Counted from the stretch's first letter, positions 18,414 through 28,255 are shown. The stretch: DNA of 32,000 bases from Ruminococcus albus 7 = DSM 20455 (GCF_000179635.2 NC_014833.1:1110001-1142000), one strand, 5' to 3'. The notes: a model not told the origin generated them from the letters alone. Program-made: numbers and translations.

Positions 18414-18461
18414 GCATTATTTATTAAAATTTGCCGAATTTATGGCAAAATCACGGTACGG

Positions 18462-18502
18462 AAAAAGGTCTGCATCCACGGCTTTGCGTGAAATGCAGAC
18501 CT
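18462..18502 (-). terminator. Rho-independent terminator of the upstream membrane-protein gene
   Basis: AGGTCTGCAT (18466-18475) pairs with ATGCAGACCT (18493-18502). On the minus strand the hairpin is followed by TTTTT. Confidence 0.8.
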
Positions 18503-18527
18503 TGTGCTCATTACCGGTTTCTGTATT

Positions 18528-19169
18528 TTATTCTTCCACTATGGACTTCACGGGTGCAGTTTCCTCTTCATGCTTTTTGCGCTTTGCTGCACGCACTTTG
18601 ATAATGATCCACCATACCAGTATACATAACTCCAGTACCGCTACCGCAGCCATTGGGTAATGATGCTTCATATATTCACGGTCGATATCCTTTATACCCT
18701 CATCAACATATACCTTGCCGAGCCTGTCGGTAAGATAGTTTATGAAATACTGTGAAGCTTTCAGATACAGTCCTGTTCCCACAGCGACAGACACGAATGC
18801 GGGGATATGCTTTTTCAGGTATTCTATGATAATTCCTGCCAGCACGATAGCATCACCTGCCAGCATCGTCCAGCCGACCCATTTAGGCGGCTGCGGCTCT
18901 ATGAATCCGCCGAATGTGCCGAATATTACGATAAGTCCATAGTATATGCCGGACCATGCGAATGGTACCAGCATAAGCAGACGCAGAAACAAGAATCCCA
19001 ACGGTTCTTTGCCGTACCTGCCGTATTTCGTCTTGTTAAGCAGCTTTTTCGCTGACTTGCTCTGTCTGTAACGGGCAGCCTCTCGCTCCTCGCGTTCTTC
19101 TTCTTCACGCTCACGACGCTCGCGTATCTGCTGCTGAGATCGTGCTTTAAGTCTATCCTTTTTTGACAT
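18528..19169 (-). CDS. Hypothetical membrane protein with a K/R/E-rich N-terminus
   Basis: 213-aa ORF. Charged N-terminus 'RERREREEEEREEREAARYR', then 4-5 hydrophobic helices. AGAGGT SD before the ATG. Confidence 0.55.
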   Translation of the reverse strand: MSKKDRLKARSQQQIRERREREEEEREEREAARYRQSKSAKKLLNKTKYGRYGKEPLGFLFLRLLMLVPFAWSGIYYGLIVIFGTFGGFIEPQPPKWVGWTMLAGDAIVLAGIIIEYLKKHIPAFVSVAVGTGLYLKASQYFINYLTDRLGKVYVDEGIKDIDREYMKHHYPMAAVAVLELCILVWWIIIKVRAAKRKKHEEETAPVKSIVEE

Positions 19170-19619
19170 TTTTTACCTCTTGAATGTGATATCATTTTTA
19201 CTGTCTTAAATCACAGCTATAGTAAACGACATATTTATTTCTATATTCATCATTCGCAGATACTCCGCTTTTTGCGGCTGTGAGCGATGTCCTGAAATAA
19301 TATATTGCCATGAAAGATATTATATCACATTATCTTTCAAAAGTAAAGACACCTGTGTTTTATTTTAGTAATATGATATATTTGAGAACCACGCAGGATA
19401 TCAAGCAAAAAAAGAACAAACGTTCCATGTGGAACATTCAAGCTTTTTTTGATCGTTTTCAAAAAGCATAACCCAAAAGGAATAAACTGCTATTCGTGAA
19501 AGATATCTCCCTTTTTGTATCACAAATAATTCTTTATCATAAACGTGTATCAAATGCTTCGGACGGTCAAAAATAATCTCAGGTCATGGACGAAATATTT
19601 ACAAAAAAGGAAGGTCAAA

Positions 19620-20819
19620 ATGAAGATAAATGTTTATTTATTCAAACGTATAACCGCAGCAGCGGGGGCTTTAACCCTTTCGTTACTGGGGGTGGCAGGA
19701 TTTTATGATAAAACTCTCCCTGATAATTTCAGCATCGAAAGGGACGGAAAGCTGGAACTGAACACTTTCTTTTCCATATCCTCACGACCTGTCAGGCATT
19801 CCTGCATGACAGCGCTGACAGGGGATAATGGCAGCAACGAGAGCACCCTCATGCTGCTTGGTGCTGTACCTGTAAAAAATGTTACAGCTGTCAGCAGTGA
19901 AAGACCTATGCTTGTGCCATGCGGTGAGACCTTCGGGATAAAGCTGCTTACTGACGGTGTTATCGTAGTAGAGCTTACTGATGTGGGCGGAAGATGTCCT
20001 GCAAGGGAGTGCGGCATAAGAAAGGGTGATATAATCATATCCGTAAACGGCAGGGATATACGCTCAAACCGGGATATCACAGATGAAGTCAGGCGGAGCC
20101 GAGATGAGGGCTGCGAGGTAGTCCTGCGGCGCGGAGGTACAGAAAAGACACTGACCCTTGTGCCGGCTTATTCCGAGGGCAGCTACAAGGCAGGTATGTG
20201 GGTACGGGATTCTTCAGCCGGTATAGGCACCCTGACTTTTTTTGACGATGACAGCGGTATCTTCGGCGGGCTGGGTCATCCTGTGTGTGACAGTGATACA
20301 GGCGGTATACTGCCGCTTTCGGAGGGAGCTGTTGGTGATATTGATATAACGGGTCTGATACCATCTGAGGAAGGTTCACCGGGTCAGCTGCTCGGAGATT
20401 TTTCGGGAGAAGATGTTCTGGGGGAGATAAAGCTGAACTGCGAGGAAGGCCTTTTCGGCACGCTGGAAAACTCTCCCGATGAGAAGGAGAAGGTGGAGCT
20501 TGGGTATAAGCAGGAGGTGCACCGCGGCAGCGCACAGATTTATTCCTCTGTAGACGGCGGAGCACCGAAACCTTATTCTGTACAGATAGAGTATATCGAC
20601 CTTAGCCGTGATGCTGAGCATGATATGGTGGTACACATCACAGATGAGAGTCTTATCAGTGAAACGGGCGGCATAGTACAGGGTATGAGCGGTTCGCCCA
20701 TAATGCAGGACGGCAGGCTGGTCGGTGCTGTGACCCATGTATTTATAGATGATCCTACCCGCGGCTACGGTATATTTGCAGAAGATATGTTCTTGCGTGC
20801 TGAAGAAACTACAGGATGA
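19620..20819 (+). CDS. spoIVB: SpoIVB peptidase (stage IV sporulation signalling serine protease, S55)
   Basis: N-terminal TM helix, a PDZ-like 'GIRKGDIIISVNG', an S55 core 'SAGIGTLTFFD..GGLGHPV', and the catalytic Ser in 'GMSGSPI'. I chose the ATG at 19620, with an AGGAAGG SD, over the track start at 19545. Confidence 0.9.
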   Translation: MKINVYLFKRITAAAGALTLSLLGVAGFYDKTLPDNFSIERDGKLELNTFFSISSRPVRHSCMTALTGDNGSNESTLMLLGAVPVKNVTAVSSERPMLVPCGETFGIKLLTDGVIVVELTDVGGRCPARECGIRKGDIIISVNGRDIRSNRDITDEVRRSRDEGCEVVLRRGGTEKTLTLVPAYSEGSYKAGMWVRDSSAGIGTLTFFDDDSGIFGGLGHPVCDSDTGGILPLSEGAVGDIDITGLIPSEEGSPGQLLGDFSGEDVLGEIKLNCEEGLFGTLENSPDEKEKVELGYKQEVHRGSAQIYSSVDGGAPKPYSVQIEYIDLSRDAEHDMVVHITDESLISETGGIVQGMSGSPIMQDGRLVGAVTHVFIDDPTRGYGIFAEDMFLRAEETTG

Positions 20820-20823
20820 AAAA

Positions 20824-20858
20824 AAGGCAGTGCCGCGTGTTTCAAGCGGTACTGCCTT
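20824..20858. terminator. Bidirectional terminator between spoIVB and rapZ
   Basis: AAGGCAGTGCCGC (20824-20836) pairs with GCGGTACTGCCTT (20846-20858). An A-run lies upstream and TGCTGTT downstream. Confidence 0.75.
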
Positions 20859-20862
20859 GCTG

Positions 20863-21723
20863 TTATCTTTTCTCGATATCTCTGTGGGTGAGCCTGATGG
20901 TCTTGCCCGTGTCAATAAGATGCTTTGCTACAGCCTCGGCAAAGGTTACGCTCCTGTGTTTGCCGCCTGTACAGCCGAAAGCTATGACCAGCTGTGCCTT
21001 GCCCTCTTTTTCATAAAGGGGGATAAGGAAGTCGATAAGGTCGGTGAGTTTGCCAAGAAGTGTCTGTGCTTCCTTGAAACTCATAACGTATCCCGATACT
21101 GCAGTGTCAAGACCTGTCTTATTTTTAAGCTCTGCAATATAGAAGGGATTAGGCAGGCATCTCACATCGAAGGTCAGGTCTGCATCATTCATCACTCCGT
21201 ACTTGAAGCCGAAGGAGCGTACTTCTATCCTCATGGCTGATTGTCCTGCGCCTAAGAATATATCGTACATCTTTGCTTTGAATTCGGCAGACGAAGTAGT
21301 GGAGGTGTCGATATAGTAGTCTACATTGTCACGTACTGATTCCAGCAGTCTGCGCTCGGTCTCGATGGCATCGCGGATATTGCCGTTGGCTATCTCGTAA
21401 AGCGGATGTCTGCGGCGTGTTTCCTTGTAGCGGCGCATTATTACTTCATCACTGCAATCAAGAAACATCACTTTGACGTTTATGCCCATATCACGCATAT
21501 CTTTTACAGCGTCCTTCAGCTTCATGAACAGTGCTCCGCCGCGGACATCGGCAACGAATGCTACCTTGTCGATATTGCCCTCGGACTGAGCGCATATATC
21601 CGCAAACTTTACCATAAGCTCGGGTGGCATATTATCTATACAGTAATAACCTATATCCTCCAGCACGTTGACAGCTGTGGATTTTCCTGCTCCCGAAATA
21701 CCTGTAACTACTACGAACTGCAC
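20863..21723 (-). CDS. rapZ: RNase adapter protein RapZ (YvcJ-type P-loop NTPase)
   Basis: 'VVVTGISGAGKSTAVNVLEDIGYYCIDNMP' and C-terminal 'GCTGGKHRSV'. GTG start with a GGGGAG SD. Confidence 0.93.
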   Translation of the reverse strand: MQFVVVTGISGAGKSTAVNVLEDIGYYCIDNMPPELMVKFADICAQSEGNIDKVAFVADVRGGALFMKLKDAVKDMRDMGINVKVMFLDCSDEVIMRRYKETRRRHPLYEIANGNIRDAIETERRLLESVRDNVDYYIDTSTTSSAEFKAKMYDIFLGAGQSAMRIEVRSFGFKYGVMNDADLTFDVRCLPNPFYIAELKNKTGLDTAVSGYVMSFKEAQTLLGKLTDLIDFLIPLYEKEGKAQLVIAFGCTGGKHRSVTFAEAVAKHLIDTGKTIRLTHRDIEKR

Positions 21724-21764
21724 CTCATAACTCCCCTTTACTTTATGATCGAGGGAATATCGCC

Positions 21765-22700
21765 CTACGCCTCGTAGGGGATATACCTTACCTCACATTC
21801 CAGCTCAATGCCCGAATCCTTGTATACCTTATCCTTGACCTGTCTGATAAGCTCCAGCACATCAGCACTGGTGGCACCGCCCTTGTTTACTACGAAACCG
21901 CAGTGCTTTTCGCTTACCTGTGCACCGCCAACGGAGAATCCTCTCAGTCCGCTGTCCTGTATCAGCTTTCCTGCGAACAGCCCTTCGCCCTCGGGCCTTT
22001 TGAAGGTACTTCCCGCACTGGGCATATTCAGCGGCTGCTTATCGCGGCGGCGGCCCATAAGGTCTACCATCTTATCCTGTATATCATCATAGCTTCCCGA
22101 AGGCAGTTCAAATTCGCCTTCGACTATAAGTTCACCGCTTGCTATGAATCTGCTGGTCCTGTACCCGAACTTCATCTGGTCGGCTTTGTATTCAAACTGT
22201 CTTCCGTCGCGGTCAACAGCTCTGCCGTACTTGATAACGTCCTTTATCTCTCCGCCGTAAGCACCTGCGTTCATAAATATGGCGCCGCCCACGCTTCCGG
22301 GGATGCCATAAGCGAATTCCAGTCCGCTGAGAGAATGCTCGAGCGCAAATCTGCAAAGCTTCAGCAAAGGACAGCCTGCCTGTGCTACGATGGTATTATC
22401 ATCCTTCATATATATCTTATCCATCGAGCTTCCTATCAGGAATATTATGCCGTTGAAGCCTCTGTCATCAAACAGTACGTTTGATCCGTTGCCCAGTGCC
22501 ATAGTCCTGATCCCAAGGCGGTTCGCTTCCTCCCACAGCTGTGAGATCGCATCGGGTGAATTTATATCTATCATTGCCGTACATTGTCCGCCTATACGGA
22601 AAGTGTTATGCTTATCCAGCGGCTCATCGGGGAGCACTCTGCATTCAAGCTCCTCGGCAAGGTTCAGCAATGAACGTGTATTCATATCAAGTTCTTTCAC
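21765..22700 (-). CDS. murB: UDP-N-acetylenolpyruvoylglucosamine reductase
   Basis: FAD-binding 'NTFRIGG', 'LGNGSNVL', 'PSAGSTFKRP' and 'GGAQVSEKHCGFVVN'. GTG start with an AAGGAG SD 8 nt upstream. Confidence 0.93.
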   Translation of the reverse strand: MKELDMNTRSLLNLAEELECRVLPDEPLDKHNTFRIGGQCTAMIDINSPDAISQLWEEANRLGIRTMALGNGSNVLFDDRGFNGIIFLIGSSMDKIYMKDDNTIVAQAGCPLLKLCRFALEHSLSGLEFAYGIPGSVGGAIFMNAGAYGGEIKDVIKYGRAVDRDGRQFEYKADQMKFGYRTSRFIASGELIVEGEFELPSGSYDDIQDKMVDLMGRRRDKQPLNMPSAGSTFKRPEGEGLFAGKLIQDSGLRGFSVGGAQVSEKHCGFVVNKGGATSADVLELIRQVKDKVYKDSGIELECEVRYIPYEA

Positions 22701-22760
22701 TTGTGTTTCTCCTTACTATATATTTATGTAAAGCACCGCATGGCGGAGCGTATATCATTA

Positions 22761-23720
22761 TCAGTATGCATCCCAGTTCTTTACAGACTCCTTGGTATCC
22801 ATTTCCAGACCAAGATTCTGCAGAAGCTCGGCAGCTGCGTTATAGCCCATCTTTTTATGACGGTTGTTCATGGCAGCAACTTCAAGGATGACTGCAAGGT
22901 TACGTCCGGGCTTGATGGGTATAGTCAGGCTGGGCACCTTTATGCCGAGTATGGATGCATACTCGTTGTCAACGCCCATTCTGTCATATATCTTCTTGCT
23001 GTCCCAGGGTTCGAGCTGAACTACCAGGTCTATCTTCTCGGATATCTTTACGGCACCCATACCGAACAGACGACGGGTATTGATAATACCTATGCCGCGC
23101 AGTTCAAGAAAATGCCTGATATTATCGGGGGACTGTCCTACCAGTGTCCTGCTGGAGGTCTTTCTTATCTCGACGGCATCATCAGCTACAAGACGGTGTC
23201 CGCGCTTTACCAGCTCGATTGCAGTCTCGCTCTTACCTACACCGCTCTCGCCCACGATGAGTATGCCTTCACCGTATACTTCGATAAGAACGCCGTGACG
23301 GGTGATACGGGGAGCAAGCTCAACATTCAGGTAGCCGATAAGTGCTGCGATGAACGCGGTAGTACTGTCGGCGGTACGAGCTATGGGTACCCCGTATTTT
23401 GAGGCTATCTCTATCATTTCGGGATAAAGCTCATGGCTTCTTGCAACGATGAACATGGGTATCTTAGTGGCAAAAAGTGCATCTAGCCTCTGTCTTCTTA
23501 CTTCTTCATCTATGGAAGCAAGATATGCAAATTCCATGTTTCCGCATATCTGTACACGCTCGGCATTGAAGTACTCATAAAAGCCCATAAGCTGCAGACC
23601 GGGACGGTTGCAGTCGTTGTCTGTGACGATAAGCTCGTCAATGTTGTCGGGTGCATAAAGTACCTCCAGCCCGAGCTGTTTTATTATCTCGTTTACGGTA
23701 ACACTGAATATCTCAGCCAT
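22761..23720 (-). CDS. hprK: HPr kinase/phosphorylase
   Basis: P-loop 'GESGVGKSETAIELVKRGHRLVADD' and 'LELRGIGIIN'. I chose the ATG at 23720, which has AAGGAG 9 nt upstream. The track's TTG at 23729 abuts the SD. Confidence 0.95.
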   Translation of the reverse strand: MAEIFSVTVNEIIKQLGLEVLYAPDNIDELIVTDNDCNRPGLQLMGFYEYFNAERVQICGNMEFAYLASIDEEVRRQRLDALFATKIPMFIVARSHELYPEMIEIASKYGVPIARTADSTTAFIAALIGYLNVELAPRITRHGVLIEVYGEGILIVGESGVGKSETAIELVKRGHRLVADDAVEIRKTSSRTLVGQSPDNIRHFLELRGIGIINTRRLFGMGAVKISEKIDLVVQLEPWDSKKIYDRMGVDNEYASILGIKVPSLTIPIKPGRNLAVILEVAAMNNRHKKMGYNAAAELLQNLGLEMDTKESVKNWDAY

Positions 23721-23790
23721 AGTTATCAACTCCTTGTTATTTTTTAATACGGTCGTATTTCAGTATGTCAGATAATATTTCAAAGCCCGT

Positions 23791-25059
23791 TTACAGGGTT
23801 ATATTCCCCTCATTCAGCATCTCCTGCGCCGCCAGCATTATGCCCATTTTGCCGCTGGGATAGGTTATACCGCCCTGTAACCATACAGCGTAAGGTTCGC
23901 GTATGGGGGCATCGGCAGAAAGTTCGATGGAAGCGCCCATTGTGAATGCACCCGCCGCCATGATGACCTTGCTCTCGTAGCCGGGCATATCCCATGCTTC
24001 GGGAGTAACATAGCTGTCAACGGGGCTGCCTTTCTGTATGCCCTTGCAGAATGCTGTCAGGTTCTTCTCGTTTTCAAGCAGGATAGATGCGATGATATCC
24101 GTCCTCTTTTCACTGCTTTCTGGAAGGGTCTTGTAACCCAGCTTTTCAAAAAGTCGGCAGGCGAAAACGGAAGTTTTCAGGGCATTTGCTACTGTCTGCG
24201 GGCAGAGGAAGAAGCCCAGAAGTATCTCTCTGTTCATGTTCAGCGAACAGCCTACTTCCTTGCCCATGCCCACGCAGGTGAGCCTGTCTGCGCATTTTTC
24301 CACAAGGTCTGCACGTCCGCAGATGTATCCGCCTGTGCTTGCTATTCCGCCGCCGGGGTTCTTTATCAGCGAACCTACTATCAGGTCAGCACCCACTGCG
24401 AGGGGTTCTTTTTCTTCAACAAATTCGCCGTAGCAGTTGTCTGTGAGTATAATTATATCGGGGTTTGCAGACTTTGCTGCCTTTATTGCTTCGCCTATAA
24501 CATCAACCGTGAAAGAAGGTCTGAGTGAGTATCCTCTCGATCTCTGTATATAGCCTACCTTTGCGCCCTTAGCCGCTTTAGCTATGGCTTCAAGGTCGGG
24601 AGTTCCGTCCTCTTTGAGTTCGACGATACTGCTCTTTACGCCGAAATCTCTCAGCGAACCGCTGCCCTTGTCGCCCTCTTTGCCCACAACGCCTTCAAGG
24701 GTATCGTAGGGTGCGCCTGTGAGAAAACACAGCTCATCATCGGGGCGGAGTATACCGAAAAGCGCAGTGGAAAGCGCGTGGGTGCCGTTTACAAAAGTAT
24801 GCCTTACTATTGCGTCCTCGCCGCCCAGTGCCTGAGCATACACCTTATCAGCGGTATCTCTGCCAATATCGCCGTAGCCGTAGCCCGTAGTGCCTTTAAG
24901 ACAGCCCTCGCTGACGCGGTTGTCGATGAATGCTTTCAGAACTTTCTGTCCGTTTATCTCAGCGATGCGGTCTATCTCCGCAAAGACTTCTTTGCATTCG
25001 CTCTCAGCCTGAGCTGCAAGAGTAACTATTTTTTCGTCTATTCCAAAAATGTTTGTCAA
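23791..25059 (-). CDS. YnbB / 'aluminium resistance' family PLP-dependent enzyme (methionine gamma-lyase-like fold)
   Basis: 422 aa. 'GTTGYGYGDIGRD' and 'FVNGTHALSTALFGILRP' are typical of the YnbB family. TTG start with a GAGGTG SD. Confidence 0.8.
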   Translation of the reverse strand: MTNIFGIDEKIVTLAAQAESECKEVFAEIDRIAEINGQKVLKAFIDNRVSEGCLKGTTGYGYGDIGRDTADKVYAQALGGEDAIVRHTFVNGTHALSTALFGILRPDDELCFLTGAPYDTLEGVVGKEGDKGSGSLRDFGVKSSIVELKEDGTPDLEAIAKAAKGAKVGYIQRSRGYSLRPSFTVDVIGEAIKAAKSANPDIIILTDNCYGEFVEEKEPLAVGADLIVGSLIKNPGGGIASTGGYICGRADLVEKCADRLTCVGMGKEVGCSLNMNREILLGFFLCPQTVANALKTSVFACRLFEKLGYKTLPESSEKRTDIIASILLENEKNLTAFCKGIQKGSPVDSYVTPEAWDMPGYESKVIMAAGAFTMGASIELSADAPIREPYAVWLQGGITYPSGKMGIMLAAQEMLNEGNITL

Positions 25060-25126
25060 TTATTTCACCTCATGTAGATCTTTTTCCGGCATAGGTTTCT
25101 CAACGTTGTATATCGCACCGTACCAT

Positions 25127-25549
25127 CTAAAAATTATTGCGTCCGAAAGCTACTGTAAGAGCAGCGAAGATCGCCAGCAGAGTGAAGTTCACTCCACCTG
25201 TGCCCGGTACGAAATATTTTGACGGGTCATTAGGATCTATCATTATTTTTTTCTTGTACATATCGAATGCAGGAGTTGAGGACGAGGAGTTTTTGAACTT
25301 CGCTTCGCAAGGATACTTTTTTCCTTTGTACTCGTATATGCAGCGAACGGTGAAGTCCCGTCTTTCGATGCCGTCATCGTCCATATATTCATTCACATCA
25401 TAGTCCACAGGCTGGACTTCAACTTCTACTGTACAGTTTTTAGGGCATTTTTTGCTCTGTATGCCGGTCACCAGCACTATTACCGTCAGCACGGCAAATA
25501 TCAGTGCAAGAATTGTATTGATGTTAAATCCGGAACGTGTTTTTCTCAT
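25127..25549 (-). CDS. Small bitopic membrane protein (TM, beta-rich domain, TM; DUF3592-like topology)
   Basis: 140 aa with N- and C-terminal hydrophobic helices around a charged core. AAGGAG SD 8 nt upstream of the ATG. The family assignment is tentative. Confidence 0.5.
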   Translation of the reverse strand: MRKTRSGFNINTILALIFAVLTVIVLVTGIQSKKCPKNCTVEVEVQPVDYDVNEYMDDDGIERRDFTVRCIYEYKGKKYPCEAKFKNSSSSTPAFDMYKKKIMIDPNDPSKYFVPGTGGVNFTLLAIFAALTVAFGRNNF

Positions 25550-25588
25550 AAGATCCGCTCCTTTGAATTGATCTCCTGTTTTTGTTAT

Positions 25589-26374
25589 TTAATGGCTGGG
25601 CTTTTCGTCTCGTCTTTCAAGAACTGTATCTATGCCCATGGCTTTGAAACCTATCTCTTCATAATAGCTGACTCTGTGAGGTCTTGCAAAAAGCTTTACA
25701 GCTATGCCCTGCTGCCAGAGTCTTTCGCCTATCCAGTAAAGCAGAGTTCTCGCGTGCATCTTTCCTCTTTCCTCGGGGATAGTGCCTACCTGACCTACCA
25801 GTGCTATCTTGTCTATTATATACTGTATGGTAGCGGTGGTATAGTCTCCCATAAGGAAAGACTGCGAAAGTCCCCGTCTTATGCGGTGGGAGGTATCTGT
25901 CAGCCACATCTCGTAGCTGTCTTCAAGTCTGGGGAAACACTGGGCGAGTATTTTGTATACATCGTCCAGCTTCGGCAGCTCGTCCACCTCCAACTGGGGC
26001 AACTTGCCTGTGGGAGAATATGTAAATTCTGTACGCTTTTCACTGCGGTACTCATCATCGAGGAGTACTGCAAGTTTTTCGCCGTACTGCCTTTCAAGCT
26101 CCACCGAGAAAGGTTTCAGCATACGCACAAAGCCCGAAAGCTCTTCCAGCATTTCCTCGGGCAGTTCTTTGCCCTCAAATGTGGATACCATAAGCGCACT
26201 GTTGAACTCGGAGAACATACCCAGTCGCTCGCCTTTGTATTCCATGAAGAAGAACCGCAGAAAATCGTATTTCGTGCCGTATGCGAGAAAATGCGACTTT
26301 ATGCGTCTGCTGTAATTATTGTCCCTGAGCCTGTTTATCAGCGCAAGGTCGATATCTTTTGTCTGATATATCAT
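25589..26374 (-). CDS. Hypothetical protein with a GNAT-like C-terminal domain
   Basis: 261 aa with a GGAGG SD. The C-terminus 'VGQVGTIPEERGKMHARTLLYWIGERLWQQG...YYEEIGF' resembles the acetyl-CoA-binding segment of GNATs. Confidence 0.5.
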   Translation of the reverse strand: MIYQTKDIDLALINRLRDNNYSRRIKSHFLAYGTKYDFLRFFFMEYKGERLGMFSEFNSALMVSTFEGKELPEEMLEELSGFVRMLKPFSVELERQYGEKLAVLLDDEYRSEKRTEFTYSPTGKLPQLEVDELPKLDDVYKILAQCFPRLEDSYEMWLTDTSHRIRRGLSQSFLMGDYTTATIQYIIDKIALVGQVGTIPEERGKMHARTLLYWIGERLWQQGIAVKLFARPHRVSYYEEIGFKAMGIDTVLERRDEKPSH

Positions 26375-26596
26375 TATAAGTCCTCCGTTCGGGGGATAGG
26401 ATCATTTTACTTCATGGCTATCCTTTCAGCAAACCACTTAATGCGACCGTATGACATGGTACATTTATTGATGCGTATCCTTTCCGACGCTGCGGGTGTA
26501 GGAAGAAGGATACCGTTATTTATTATTGATCCCATAAAAAATGTTTTATGGGGGTGCATCAGTGGGATAGCCATATTTTACCTTACTATACTTTGC

Positions 26597-27991
26597 TCAG
26601 CTGAGTTCGTTTACCAGCTGTTTGAAATGTCTGCCTCTGTCCTCGAACATACGGTACATATCAAAGCTTGCGCAGGCAGGTGTCAGCGATACGATATCGC
26701 CCTCCTCTGCATATTCGCGGGCGGTGCGCACAGCTTCTGCCATATCCTTTACGGTGATTATCTTCAGTCCGCTGCCCTTGAAATTAGGAGCAGCTTCAAC
26801 TGCTGCGCGTATCTTATCCTTGGTCTGACCCATGAGTATCAGCACCTTTACCTTTTCACAGATAGGTGCAGCCATAGGTTCAAAGCTTACGCCCTTATCT
26901 GAACCGCCCTGTATCATTATCTGCTTCTGGTCAAAAGCAGCAAGACAAGCCAGAACTCTCGTGGGGCTGGAAGCTATGGAATTGTTGTAATACTTAACAC
27001 CGTCCAGTTCTCTTACGAACTCTATACGATGCTCAACGCCGCCGAATTCCTTTGCTATCTTAGCAACGTTTTCGGGCTTGACCTCACCGTATGTCATAGC
27101 TATGGCAGTGAGATAGTCCTCAACGTTGTGCATACCGGGTATCTTGATATCTTTCATATGTACATATTCGGTGACTTTTCCGCGCTCGTTGTAGCACAGC
27201 ATACCGTCTTCACGGAGGAATGCGCCGTTATCGGGCTTTTCCTTTATGCTGAACCATGCCAGGTCACCGCGTACTCTGTCCTGAAGACCGCGTGTCACTT
27301 CATCATCAAGGCTCAGCACAGACCTTGCGTATGCGTTCTGGTGGTCGAGGATATTGCACTTGGCAAGGGTATATTCCTCCATAGTGCCGTGAACGTTCAG
27401 GTGATTTGGGCGGATATTTGTTATGCCCGCAACATCAGGGCTTTCGCGCATGGAAATCAGCTGGAAGCTTGAAAGCTCGCAGACTACCACATCTGTCTCG
27501 GAGATAGTCTCCACCAGAGGCAGGAGCGCCTTGCCGATATTTCCGCCCAGATGTACCCTCTTGCCTTCGGATTTGAGGAATTCGCTGACAAGGGTGGTGG
27601 TAGTGGTCTTGCCGTCTGAACCTGTAAGCGCATAGGTCTTGCAGGGGCAGAGGTCAAAGAAAGTTTCCATTTCGGAGGTTATAACTATGCCTTGCTTTCT
27701 GGCTTTTGTAAGTGTAGGGTCATTGTAGTACATACCCGGTGTGCGGAAAACTATATCGCAGTTGAATATCTCATCGAGATAATCTGCGCCCAGCGCGAAC
27801 TCACAGCCCTTTGCCCTGAAATCTTCGATCAGCATAGGATCGAATTCATCCTCGTCACGCTTGTCGCAGATAACGCAGTTTATACCTTTTGAAAGGAATA
27901 CCTTTATAAGGTCGGTATGGCTGACGCCTACGCCTATGAAAGCTACTCTTTTATCCTTTATCGCATTGAAATACTTTTGTGCCTTGGTCAT
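26597..27991 (-). CDS. murD: UDP-N-acetylmuramoyl-L-alanine--D-glutamate ligase
   Basis: 464 aa. N-terminal Rossmann 'VAFIGVGVS', 'LTGSDGKTTTTTL', 'GGVEHRIEFV', 'NNSIASSPTR' and 'TPACASFDMYRMFEDRG'. AAGGAG SD. Confidence 0.9.
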   Translation of the reverse strand: MTKAQKYFNAIKDKRVAFIGVGVSHTDLIKVFLSKGINCVICDKRDEDEFDPMLIEDFRAKGCEFALGADYLDEIFNCDIVFRTPGMYYNDPTLTKARKQGIVITSEMETFFDLCPCKTYALTGSDGKTTTTTLVSEFLKSEGKRVHLGGNIGKALLPLVETISETDVVVCELSSFQLISMRESPDVAGITNIRPNHLNVHGTMEEYTLAKCNILDHQNAYARSVLSLDDEVTRGLQDRVRGDLAWFSIKEKPDNGAFLREDGMLCYNERGKVTEYVHMKDIKIPGMHNVEDYLTAIAMTYGEVKPENVAKIAKEFGGVEHRIEFVRELDGVKYYNNSIASSPTRVLACLAAFDQKQIMIQGGSDKGVSFEPMAAPICEKVKVLILMGQTKDKIRAAVEAAPNFKGSGLKIITVKDMAEAVRTAREYAEEGDIVSLTPACASFDMYRMFEDRGRHFKQLVNELS

Positions 27992-28059
27992 CTCGATCTC
28001 TCCTTATTTACTATGTCTTTATGCCACAGGATCGTCTGTGCACATAAACTATCTATTAT

Positions 28060-28088
28060 ATTATACACTATTTTACAGCAAAACGCAA
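28060..28088 (-). promoter_or_regulatory. Sigma-A-type promoter for murD
   Basis: On the minus strand: TTGCGT (28083-28088), 17 nt spacer, TATAAT (28060-28065). Confidence 0.45.
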
Positions 28089-28173
28089 GGGGATAAAGGA
28101 AGAAGTTTGAAAAATTCCGTCGGAGAGGCATCCCATGAGGGCCGACGATAATGAAATTCGGTCGGTAAAGCAA

Positions 28174-28212
28174 GAAAACCCTGCATACGCAGAAGCGTAA
28201 AACAGGGCTTTT
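28174..28212 (-). terminator. Rho-independent terminator of asnB
   Basis: CCCTG (28179-28183) pairs with CAGGG (28203-28207), with an inner TACGC-agaa-GCGTA stem. On the minus strand it is followed by TTTTC. Confidence 0.65.
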
Positions 28213-28255
28213 CCAAGGATGTTTTAGTGAATGGAAACTGTAAAGCGTAAAAGTA

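Noticed and set aside
25568-26902. 444-aa + strand ORF
   Set aside because: It spans two well-supported minus-strand genes (the GNAT-like gene and murD) and the spacer between them. It has no SD, and its composition looks like translated antisense.
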